A stretch of DNA of 64,000 nt, taken from positions 11,514-75,513 of the forward strand of contig CACDQN010000004.1 in the NCBI GenBank assembly GCA_902555055.1, written 5' to 3'. A program made the translations under genes and the position numbers. The notes beneath the pieces were generated by a model. That model worked only from the letters and a program-made list of their open reading frames with translations, searched no databases and was not told the origin of the DNA. This DNA is from an uncultured Candidatus Actinomarina sp. (lineage in GTDB: Bacteria; Actinomycetota; Acidimicrobiia; Actinomarinales; Actinomarinaceae). Below, in pieces: positions 47,797 to 56,559 of this stretch. The number at the start of each line of letters is the position of its first letter. The first letter of the stretch is position 1.

Positions 47797-47803
47797 CGTA
47801 GAA

Positions 47804-48910
47804 TTAAGATAGTAAGTTTTTTATTTTTTTAACCCTGCTACTCATTGAATAATGAGCATTTAATTCGTCCTGGAGGTCTGAATTAGAGTTTATTGCTAGT
47901 TTGACTGCATCAATAAAAGAGTTTTCTTTATTCTTATTAAAATAAACTATGTTGTTCTGAAAAGGTAGAGTCTTGTGCGCTTCATTATTTGAAGCAACTA
48001 CATTCAAGCCGCAACTTAAATATTCAAAATACTTAAGTGGTGAAGTATATTTTTCTGCATGTTTAGAATCATTATTTATCAAGATTCCGACAGCACACTC
48101 TTTAAATAATTGTGCTATTTCCTTCCTCTGCAAACCTGAATAAAAAGTAACACTACTTTGATCAAAACTATGTGGAGCTATTTCTTTTAAAAACTGAATA
48201 TCTTTTTCATCATTAGATACAAGTATTGTCTCTATTTCTAATTTTTTTAACTTTTGAAATGATTCCAATAAATGTTCTAAGCCTCTACTTTTGCCAAATC
48301 TAAAAAATGAACCAGCATAGATTATTTTTCTTGATTTTTTAACTCTACTTTTTAAACTAAATAAATCTTCATCAAATCCACTTGGTAGAATTATCACTTT
48401 TTCATTTTCAGATAATTTGAGTTCATCTAACATAAAATTATTAAGTAAAATTAATCTTGAATTCTCATTTTTTAAACTAGTTAAAATCAGTCTCTTTTTT
48501 AATCTTGATAGTTGATGACACTCAAAAACAACATTCAGTTTTCTTTTTGATAAGAAATAAAACACCCATTCTGAACGAGTGAAGAAGCTGTCCGAACTTT
48601 TACTGTACTTTCTAGTTACGAAATATGACCAAACTAAATGACTAAATAAGTAGTTAAATTTTTCAAAAAAATTAACTTTTTTAAAAGGTAAAGGATGAAT
48701 AGTTCCGTGAACTTCAAAGTTCTCATCAATTTGATAAAAGTTTTTTAATTTTAATAAATCACTGTTTGATTCTTTATTTCGTAATGGAAATATTAACTTA
48801 ACATTCATCTTCAATTTAGAAAAATATTTAATATGAGTCATAGTTTGAATAGAATTTGCAGTGAAAGCTGGGAAAGTTTGATAAGTTATATAAGTTAAGT
48901 TCATATCCAT
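47804..48910 (-). CDS. GT4 family glycosyltransferase
   Basis: 368 aa. TSPLKYFEYLSCGLNVVASN is the GT4 C-terminal motif. Its stop is 7 nt from the tRNA-Arg 3' end. Confidence 0.8.
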   Translation of the reverse strand: MDMNLTYITYQTFPAFTANSIQTMTHIKYFSKLKMNVKLIFPLRNKESNSDLLKLKNFYQIDENFEVHGTIHPLPFKKVNFFEKFNYLFSHLVWSYFVTRKYSKSSDSFFTRSEWVFYFLSKRKLNVVFECHQLSRLKKRLILTSLKNENSRLILLNNFMLDELKLSENEKVIILPSGFDEDLFSLKSRVKKSRKIIYAGSFFRFGKSRGLEHLLESFQKLKKLEIETILVSNDEKDIQFLKEIAPHSFDQSSVTFYSGLQRKEIAQLFKECAVGILINNDSKHAEKYTSPLKYFEYLSCGLNVVASNNEAHKTLPFQNNIVYFNKNKENSFIDAVKLAINSNSDLQDELNAHYSMSSRVKKIKNLLS

Positions 48911-48970
48911 CTCTTACATTATATTATTAAACAATTACATATAATTTTATAAATATAATACGATTTAATA

Positions 48971-49813
48971 ATGCAAGGTGATCCAGGATATTTTGGCCCA
49001 AATTCTATGATGTGGAAAGTCAATAAGGAAATAACTGTCCTTTTTGGTGGTGCACGAGCTCTGCTTATGCATGCTGCACATCCTTTAATTGCAGCAGGAG
49101 CTAGACAAACTTCATTTTATCAAAGAGACCCCTGGAAGCGCTTAATAAGAACTTTGTCTCTTCAAAACTCAGTAACTTTTGGTACTAAAGAAGAGGCAAA
49201 TGAAAGTGCTCACAGAATTAATAAACTTCATGAAGTTATAAAAGGTGAGGATGAAGTAACGGGGTTGATATATGATGCATTAGATCACGAACAGTTGCTT
49301 TGGGTTCATGCATGCTTACAAATCTCTTCTATATTTTTTTATGAAAAAACTGTAAAAAAACTCTCTGAAAAGGAAAAAGATATTTATCACAATGAAAATA
49401 TGAAAGCTGCCGAATTAGTTCTTGTTGATATTAAAAAAATGCCTAAAACACATAATGATTTAGTTAATTGGGTAAAGGAAAAATCCTTAAAGAAAAATTA
49501 CTTAATCCATACTGATGTTGCTAATGATGTAAAAGAGATTATAGGTGGAGGTCCTGTTCCAGGACATATAAAACCCATATGGCCATTTATATCATTTACT
49601 GCTTTCAACACCCTGCCTATTGAATTTAAAAATATTTATGGAATCAAAGACTCCAAAGTAAAAAAATTCATTGTTTCATTCAATCTTTTTTTTCTTAAAT
49701 TTACAAGGCCTCTTTTACCACCATTTTTTAGATTAATAGCCCCTGCGAGATGGGCTAAGCAGAGATTGACTAAAAAGCCTAATCTGAAATTTAAAGATAA
49801 AGCAAATTTTTAG
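48971..49813 (+). CDS. DUF2236 / MpaB-like oxygenase family protein
   Basis: GPNSMMWKVNKEITVLFGGARALLMHAAHPLIAAG matches the DUF2236 N-terminal signature. Confidence 0.75.
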   Translation: MQGDPGYFGPNSMMWKVNKEITVLFGGARALLMHAAHPLIAAGARQTSFYQRDPWKRLIRTLSLQNSVTFGTKEEANESAHRINKLHEVIKGEDEVTGLIYDALDHEQLLWVHACLQISSIFFYEKTVKKLSEKEKDIYHNENMKAAELVLVDIKKMPKTHNDLVNWVKEKSLKKNYLIHTDVANDVKEIIGGGPVPGHIKPIWPFISFTAFNTLPIEFKNIYGIKDSKVKKFIVSFNLFFLKFTRPLLPPFFRLIAPARWAKQRLTKKPNLKFKDKANF

Positions 49814-49830
49814 ATTATTATATTTACTAG

Positions 49831-50145
49831 ATGGAAGAAAATAATAACTGGTCAGAAATTAATAAAAATATCTCAGAGGTAAAAAATAAAATTAAAGATG
49901 GGCTGCATCAAGACAACCTAACAGATGATTTAATAAATTCGTTTAAAAACACTTTAGAATCAGCAAGTAAAACTTTTTCTGAACTGATGTCTAATATAGA
50001 AAATACTGTTACAGATGAAGAAATCAAAAACGAAGCAATGTCAGTTATTAAAAAGATTGGCGCCGAAATGGAAGAAAACATAAAGAATGCCTCTTCAAAA
50101 GTATCAGATTATTTCGAAAGTAACAAAAATTTAGAAGAAGAGTAA
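49831..50145 (+). CDS. Hypothetical acidic helical protein
   Basis: 104-aa ORF. Charged and coiled-coil-like. No family recognised. Confidence 0.45.
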   Translation: MEENNNWSEINKNISEVKNKIKDGLHQDNLTDDLINSFKNTLESASKTFSELMSNIENTVTDEEIKNEAMSVIKKIGAEMEENIKNASSKVSDYFESNKNLEEE

Positions 50146-50151
50146 TTTAAA

Positions 50152-51834
50152 TTATAATTTTCTAATATTCCGTATTGCTAGTCCAATAATTGAAAGAATC
50201 GAAATAAAAAAGATATTACTATTGAACCTTGGAGTACGATCGGTTATGTAAATGTTAATATTTCTATAATACCCCCCTTCTACATAATTTAAACACTCAG
50301 CATATCCGTTTACGGTTACTGCATAACCTGAATCATCAATTAAATTTATTGGATTGAAGAAATCATCATTTTGAAATATCAAATACCCGTCTGGGTGGCT
50401 TTCTGGTTTTGCAAACTCTTCATAAAAACCACATGTAGCTATTTTTTTATTCAAACAATTTGTTTCTTTGGAAAAATAATTATCAAAATATAAAGAAGAT
50501 ACCTCGCACCCTACCGTTACTGAGAGTTTATCCTGAAGAACGTTTTCATATTCTGCATCATAAGTTTTTGGAAAACCAAAAATAAATAAAAATATAGTGA
50601 TTAATAAAATAACAGAAACTAATTGAGTTATATACTTTCTCCTTGATAGATACTGAACAAGAATAATGGTGAATGAAATTGCAATTAAATAAAAATAGTA
50701 ATGGGTTTTAACTGTATCCCCCTTATCTGGATTGAAGTGCAGGCCAAAAAGTCCTAAAGAAGTTAAAGCTAGAACTGACATTCCTATTAAATAAACTTTT
50801 TGATGCTTTTTAAATTTTTTTTCTGGTGTGTAAGCTATTGAAGAAAGAACAAATATAGATGATAAAGATAATCCAACATTTCTTCTTGGGTTTGGCAAAA
50901 ATTCTAATAAATCAACTCTATTAGATAGAAACAAACTTCTACTGTGATCCCAATATCTGTTAAAGTAATCGCCAAATAAATCTATTAAAGTAATGCCAAT
51001 TAAAGAGTTTGCGTGCTCATTTCTAAATGGATTAAAAATCAGGTCATTAAAATTAATATTCAAAAGGAAGCTAATTGGTGCTTTAAATAAATACTGATCT
51101 AATTCTTGATGAGATAAAAGACTTACAGAGTTAATATTTGAATTTTCGCTGTATAACAATGTGCTTAAAATAGTAAAAAATGCTACAGGGATTAATAAAT
51201 CTTTTAAATTTATTTTTTTTATTTCGTGAAAATATAAATATAAAAGAGAGAAAAACATCATCATAGCAATTGTGCCTTTACTTGTAACAAGCAGAGAAAG
51301 TAACGGTGCAACTAAAATTAAATTGATTTTATTTTTGTTTTTAAAATAATTATCAATACCTATAAAAATCCATGGTAAGAAACAAAACACTAATATTTCT
51401 GGTTTCATTATTAATCTTCCTCCATAAATTGGGGGAAAAAAATTAAGCACAGAAAAGGTAAGAAAGATTATGCTTTTATTTACTCCTCTTGATGAAAGCC
51501 ATAAAAAGAGCCCCAGTAGGCCAATTAAATATAGAACAAAGTTTCCAAGTTGTATTGAAGTGCTGTATACATACTCCCACTTATCAGGAAGGTAATAGCT
51601 CTGGGAAAATTCAATAAAATTAGAAATAAACCAAAAGTAAAACAGCCCTTGTTCACGAGAAGGTGTTTCTATTGTTCCACTAAAATACTCTATATACCTG
51701 AAATATCTATAAAAATCAGTACCGTCAATTGAATTATAAAAAATTTCACCTAAAAAAAATGAAGTAAGGAGTGAGATAATAAAAGTTGTAAAAGAAATTA
51801 ATATTTTTGTATTGCTTTTCATCACTTTTTGCAT
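50152..51834 (-). CDS. Large polytopic membrane protein, possible GT-C fold (ArnT-like) glycosyltransferase
   Basis: 560 aa, more than 11 TM, with a C-terminal soluble-looking domain. Last gene of a 7-gene overlapping sugar operon, downstream of a GT2. The family call is tentative. Confidence 0.4.
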   Translation of the reverse strand: MQKVMKSNTKILISFTTFIISLLTSFFLGEIFYNSIDGTDFYRYFRYIEYFSGTIETPSREQGLFYFWFISNFIEFSQSYYLPDKWEYVYSTSIQLGNFVLYLIGLLGLFLWLSSRGVNKSIIFLTFSVLNFFPPIYGGRLIMKPEILVFCFLPWIFIGIDNYFKNKNKINLILVAPLLSLLVTSKGTIAMMMFFSLLYLYFHEIKKINLKDLLIPVAFFTILSTLLYSENSNINSVSLLSHQELDQYLFKAPISFLLNINFNDLIFNPFRNEHANSLIGITLIDLFGDYFNRYWDHSRSLFLSNRVDLLEFLPNPRRNVGLSLSSIFVLSSIAYTPEKKFKKHQKVYLIGMSVLALTSLGLFGLHFNPDKGDTVKTHYYFYLIAISFTIILVQYLSRRKYITQLVSVILLITIFLFIFGFPKTYDAEYENVLQDKLSVTVGCEVSSLYFDNYFSKETNCLNKKIATCGFYEEFAKPESHPDGYLIFQNDDFFNPINLIDDSGYAVTVNGYAECLNYVEGGYYRNINIYITDRTPRFNSNIFFISILSIIGLAIRNIRKL

Positions 51835-52367
51835 TGAATATTTAAGCTTATATGAATTCCATTTTCTTTATCCATGTGCGGGAAATAGGCTTGAGAATGA
51901 TCATCATATTCAAGATTGTCTTGAAACACTTCTCTCCAATCCCATAAAGTAATATCAGAAAATCCTACCCTCTCTAAAAGTGAAGTTAAGCTATTTTTAT
52001 CATATACTGTCTTGTGATAGAGGTTGCTTCCATCACTTAAGACCCACTTACCATATAAAGGTCCTAAAATTTTTTCAATTTCATTAGTTTCCTCATATAC
52101 CTTTATCAATGCTTCAAAATTTGGAACAGCTATCCTTAATATTCCGTCTTTCTTTAAAACCCTCATCCACTCTTTTAAAACAGATTCAACCTCATTCCTG
52201 TCAAAGTACTCAAGAACATGTGAAGCATAAATTTCACTCACGATATCGTCATCGATTGTATTAAGTTTGTCGATTGAAGTCTTAATATCTATATGCTCAT
52301 AATCAGCAATGTCAATATGTACATAGCCTTCTAAATACCTACTGCCAGAACCAAGATGGAGTTTCAT
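51822..52367 (-). CDS. Class I SAM-dependent methyltransferase
   Basis: 181 aa. MKLHLGSGSRYLEGYVHIDI and LKKDGILRIAVPN are typical of the small methyltransferases found in polysaccharide clusters. Confidence 0.75.
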   Translation of the reverse strand: MKLHLGSGSRYLEGYVHIDIADYEHIDIKTSIDKLNTIDDDIVSEIYASHVLEYFDRNEVESVLKEWMRVLKKDGILRIAVPNFEALIKVYEETNEIEKILGPLYGKWVLSDGSNLYHKTVYDKNSLTSLLERVGFSDITLWDWREVFQDNLEYDDHSQAYFPHMDKENGIHISLNIQCKK

Positions 52368-53050
52368 ATTAGAAACCTCAGGCTTAACATGCCCCTCAAG
52401 ATTTTTAAACCATCAAAAAAGGCGTTTACTTTTGTAACACCTGCAAATCTTTCTCTCTCTATGCTTAAAATCTCTGTATATCTCAATTTATTTGAGTGAA
52501 CAACAGCTGGTAACTCTAAACAAAGTGTGAAATCTGAAGACCTTAAATCAATTTTTTCAAGAATTTCTCTTCGAAATAATGGGTAAAAAAATAAAGCATC
52601 TGAAATTTTACATTTAAATAAAAGCCGAACAAGAAATGTAAATAATTTATTACCAATTCCTCTTATGAAAGTATCATCTGGACTTTTTGCGCCACCCTTA
52701 TATCTAGATGAAAAAACAGCATCATTATCTTTAATCAAAGACTTCATTTCTAAAATAGCAGTAGGATTGTATGATCCATCACCATCCATATATGTAATGT
52801 ATTCCAATGATGAAGCTGAAATTCCTTGTAAAACTGCACTGCCCCATCCTTTTTTATCTTGTTGTATAAAAGTAGCACCATAGCTTTGAGCAACAAGTTT
52901 CGTATTATCTGTTGAGTGACCATCTACAATTATTATCTCCCCAAAGTCATATTCTTTAATCTCATCAAGAACAAAAGGAAGAGATTCTTCTTCATTGTAA
53001 GTAGCGATGATTAAAGAAGTGTCTTTTAAAGATATATTTAAATTACCCAC
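52364..53050 (-). CDS. GT2 glycosyltransferase (polyprenyl-phosphate sugar synthase-like)
   Basis: 228 aa. SLIIATYNEEESLP, IIIVDGHSTDNT and MDGDGSY (DxD) motifs. Confidence 0.85.
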   Translation of the reverse strand: MGNLNISLKDTSLIIATYNEEESLPFVLDEIKEYDFGEIIIVDGHSTDNTKLVAQSYGATFIQQDKKGWGSAVLQGISASSLEYITYMDGDGSYNPTAILEMKSLIKDNDAVFSSRYKGGAKSPDDTFIRGIGNKLFTFLVRLLFKCKISDALFFYPLFRREILEKIDLRSSDFTLCLELPAVVHSNKLRYTEILSIERERFAGVTKVNAFFDGLKILRGMLSLRFLI

Positions 53051-53065
53051 CTTATAAAGATAGTC

Positions 53066-54136
53066 TTAATTTCCAAAAAAGTTATTAACTCCTTCAGAAA
53101 CATATTCAATATCTTCCTGAGACAAACCGGTAGATGAAGGGAGCCATAAAATATTATTTGAAATATCTTCTGAAAAAGCTAGATCTGTTTTATCTGTTTT
53201 TTGCAAATATGATTGACTACTAAGAGATGGATATGAAAATCTTGTTTCAATATTTTTTTGTTTCAGGTATAAATATAATTCCTCTCTTTGTTTTTCACTC
53301 TCACAAAACAGATCAATAAACCAGGGGGTTTCATATTCATAAAATGTTTTCAAAAATCTAGTACTTATAAAGTTTGAATAATGGCTGTATATTTCTTTTT
53401 TCAAATTTATAAATTTTTCAATTTTACTAAATTGAGATAAGCCTAATGAAGATTGCAAATCTGTAATTTTAAAATTAAGTCCAAAACCTTTGTGAACGTC
53501 ACTTTTGTCTTTTTCTCTATTAAATGTTTTAATATCAATTAAATTTTGATATACATCATCATCATCTAATAAGACCATTCCGCCTTGCCCCATTGTGATT
53601 ATTTTATGTGGTGTGAAGGAAAAGATACTGACATTTCCTAATGATCCACATTTTTGCTTTAAATATGAAGAGCCTAATGCATGAGCAGAGTCTTCAATCA
53701 AAATAATGTCTCTATCTTTACAATATTGTTCAATCTCTAGTCCTGAACCAACTCTTCCATTTAGTGGGACAAAAATAGCCGCATCAATATGGGATATTTT
53801 TTTTAAGGATTCAACTGACATACATAATGAATTATCAATGTCAACAATTACCGGTTCTGCGCCAGCCCAAATTATGGCATTAATAGTTGCGATCATAGTT
53901 ATATTTGGCACAGCCACTTTATGTCCTTTTTTTATTCCTGAAGCAACAAGTGCTAAGTAAATTGCAATTGTTCCATTAGGAACTGCTACTGCATGTGTTC
54001 TATTGACATAAGCTGCTACTTTGTCCTCAAGCTCTTTTGTTAATTTATGTTCAGTAATCCATGAACCAGATTGCATGTATTGTGAAACACTCTCAATATC
54101 TTCATTTGAAATATTTGGCTCTACCTGATTAATCAT
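53066..54136 (-). CDS. DegT/DnrJ/EryC1/StrS family sugar aminotransferase
   Basis: 356 aa. NGTIAIYLALVA, EDSAHALGS, and FSFTPHKIITMGQGGM with the PLP lysine. Confidence 0.9.
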   Translation of the reverse strand: MINQVEPNISNEDIESVSQYMQSGSWITEHKLTKELEDKVAAYVNRTHAVAVPNGTIAIYLALVASGIKKGHKVAVPNITMIATINAIIWAGAEPVIVDIDNSLCMSVESLKKISHIDAAIFVPLNGRVGSGLEIEQYCKDRDIILIEDSAHALGSSYLKQKCGSLGNVSIFSFTPHKIITMGQGGMVLLDDDDVYQNLIDIKTFNREKDKSDVHKGFGLNFKITDLQSSLGLSQFSKIEKFINLKKEIYSHYSNFISTRFLKTFYEYETPWFIDLFCESEKQREELYLYLKQKNIETRFSYPSLSSQSYLQKTDKTDLAFSEDISNNILWLPSSTGLSQEDIEYVSEGVNNFFGN

Positions 54137-54563
54137 TTCTAATATTCACTCTTGTTCTGTCTTTGTCAGGTCCAAAATACGGTCCATTTTTGATTTCAAG
54201 AATCTTACTATCTTTCATAATTTCATATTCATGTATTCCTTGATATTGAATAATTAATTGATTTTGATTAATCTCTTCAGTAGCAATAAAATTTCCATCT
54301 TTTGTGTATAAGTTGCAAATAATACTTCCTTCTAGTACTAAAACTACCTCTTGGGTAATAAATGACTTTCGCTCAAATGTATTATGATAATGGGCGTCTA
54401 GTATTTTACCTTTTTCATATTTCCAAGTACCTACCTGTATAAATGATTCATCATTAGTAAGAAAATCTAGACCTTCACTTATGTTGTTTAAATCAAATAT
54501 ACTTGAATAAAGTTCGTCATTATAAATTATATTTTTTATATTTTTATTGTTCATATTTATCAA
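54129..54563 (-). CDS. Small cupin-fold protein (WbuC/FdtA-like)
   Basis: 144 aa. AHYHNTFERKSFITQEVVLVLEGS and GIHEYEI give a cupin-type His/Glu pattern. Embedded between fcl and the aminotransferase gene. Confidence 0.5.
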   Translation of the reverse strand: MINMNNKNIKNIIYNDELYSSIFDLNNISEGLDFLTNDESFIQVGTWKYEKGKILDAHYHNTFERKSFITQEVVLVLEGSIICNLYTKDGNFIATEEINQNQLIIQYQGIHEYEIMKDSKILEIKNGPYFGPDKDRTRVNIRND

Positions 54564-55461
54564 TATACCAATTCACTGTAGTTTGAATTCCATCAATCAA
54601 GCTAGTTTCAGGTTTCCAATTTAACTTCTCTTCTCCACGAGTTCCATCAACTTTTTTTTCAAGTACTCCATCTGGTTTTGAAGTGTCTAATACAAATTTG
54701 CCATCCCAGCCTATTTTATCTTTTATTATTTCTGCTAATTCTAAAATTGAAATTCCTTTTTCAACACCAACATTAAAAAAATGATGCCCAGATTCTAGAT
54801 TAATAGATTTAATTAGAGCTTTAGCCCCATCATCAACATAGAGCCATTCTCTAATAGGTTTTCCAGTGCCCCAAAGTTCAACTTCCTTATAATTATTTAT
54901 TTTTGCATCATGTACTTTCTTGATGATTGCTCCCAATGCGTGTGATCTTTCAATATCAAAATGATCATTTGGACCATACATATTTGAAACTACTACATTA
55001 ACTGATGAGAAGTTCTTTTCTTGATAAAAACTTTTTCCTAGTTGTACAAATAGTCTTTTTGCAATTCCATAATTGTAAACTGAATCATCTGGAGGGCCAT
55101 CAAAAAAATTTTCTTCTTTGTATGTAGTTAAATTTCTCGGATATGCACAATTTGAAATTGGATTTATTAACTTTTTAACTTTGTTTTTTTGTGAAGCTCT
55201 ATAAAGATTAATTGCCATAGTTGAATTTTCATACAGCATCCTAGCTGGATATTTATATCCATAAGAAATCCCCCCTACAAATGCTGCGCAATTGATTACT
55301 ATATCTGGTTTTAATTTTGACAAATATTTATCTAACTTATCATATTTAGTAATGTCTATTTGCTTTTTTCCAGTGATTTCAAAGGTATCATATTCATTAT
55401 TCAAGATAGTTTTAACATGATTGCCAAGAAATCCACCAGAACCAACTAATAAGATTTTCAT
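54544..55461 (-). CDS. fcl: GDP-L-fucose synthase (GDP-4-keto-6-deoxymannose 3,5-epimerase/4-reductase)
   Basis: MKILLVGSGGFLG, NMYGPNDHFDIERSHALGAII and LWGTGKPIREWLYVDD blocks. Probable ATG at 55461, 5 nt after the gmd stop (track start 55488). Confidence 0.9.
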   Translation of the reverse strand: MKILLVGSGGFLGNHVKTILNNEYDTFEITGKKQIDITKYDKLDKYLSKLKPDIVINCAAFVGGISYGYKYPARMLYENSTMAINLYRASQKNKVKKLINPISNCAYPRNLTTYKEENFFDGPPDDSVYNYGIAKRLFVQLGKSFYQEKNFSSVNVVVSNMYGPNDHFDIERSHALGAIIKKVHDAKINNYKEVELWGTGKPIREWLYVDDGAKALIKSINLESGHHFFNVGVEKGISILELAEIIKDKIGWDGKFVLDTSKPDGVLEKKVDGTRGEEKLNWKPETSLIDGIQTTVNWYIDKYEQ

Positions 55462-55466
55462 AATTG

Positions 55467-56498
55467 TTATATTTTCGGATATTCCCAAGTTGGTGATATT
55501 AAATTATCTTTTAATAAGGCTAAATCTTTTTTTGCTTCTTTAATGTCATGTTCAACCATTATCTTTACAAGGCCAGAAAAATCTACTGATGGTTTCCATT
55601 TAAGTTCTTTCCTAGCTCTTGAGGAATCTCCCAGTAAATAGTCAACTTCATTTGGTCTAAGGTACTTTTCTGAAGTTATTACAAAATCCTCCCAATTCAG
55701 GTTTACATGGTTAAAGGCCTCAATAGCAAATTCTCTGACAGTTTTTGTAACTCCTGTAGCCAATACCCAGTCTTCGGGTTTTTTATGCTGCATCATAAGC
55801 CACATTCCTTGGACATAGTCTTTTGCATATCCCCAATCCCTACTGGCATCTAAGTTTCCAAGGGTTAATTTTTCTTGAATTCCAGCTGAAATCCTTCCAA
55901 CTGCTTTTGAAATCTTTCGAGTAACAAAAGTTTCACCTCTCAAAGGTGATTCGTGATTAAATAATATTCCATTAACTCCAAACAAATTATACGAATCTCT
56001 ATAAATTTTTGTAATCTCGTGTGCAAACACTTTAGATGCACCATAAGGACTTTTTGAATCAAAGGCAGAATTTTCATTTAAAAGTTCTGTAGATGTACCT
56101 CCGAACATTTCGGAAGAAGAAGCTTGATAAAATTTTATATCTCTATTTGTGTGTCTGATAGCTTCCAAAATAGTTATTGAACCTAAAGTTCCAACCTGGG
56201 TGGTGAAAATTGGATTTTGAAATGAAACTGAGACATGTGATTGTGCTGCTAAGTTGTAGACCTCATCGGGACTTACATTGTTAATCAAATTTGTAATCGA
56301 TGAAGAATCTAATAAGTCAGAATAATGTAAATATAATTGATCATCTTGGTAATATTTTGAAATTAAACTATCAATTCTGTCTGTATTAAACGATGAAGAT
56401 CTCCTGACTGTTCCGTGAACTTCATAACCTTTGCTCAAGAGAAGCTCTGCTAAATATGCACCATCTTGTCCAGTTATTCCAGTAATTAAAGCTTTCAT
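55467..56498 (-). CDS. gmd: GDP-mannose 4,6-dehydratase
   Basis: MKALITGITGQDGAYLAELLLSKGYEVHGTVRRSSSFNTDRID is the canonical Gmd N-terminus. 343 aa. Confidence 0.95.
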   Translation of the reverse strand: MKALITGITGQDGAYLAELLLSKGYEVHGTVRRSSSFNTDRIDSLISKYYQDDQLYLHYSDLLDSSSITNLINNVSPDEVYNLAAQSHVSVSFQNPIFTTQVGTLGSITILEAIRHTNRDIKFYQASSSEMFGGTSTELLNENSAFDSKSPYGASKVFAHEITKIYRDSYNLFGVNGILFNHESPLRGETFVTRKISKAVGRISAGIQEKLTLGNLDASRDWGYAKDYVQGMWLMMQHKKPEDWVLATGVTKTVREFAIEAFNHVNLNWEDFVITSEKYLRPNEVDYLLGDSSRARKELKWKPSVDFSGLVKIMVEHDIKEAKKDLALLKDNLISPTWEYPKI

Positions 56499-56559
56499 TT
56501 ATATAAATATTGTACTTTGATAAATAATATTATTATCACATTTAATCTAAATAACTAGA

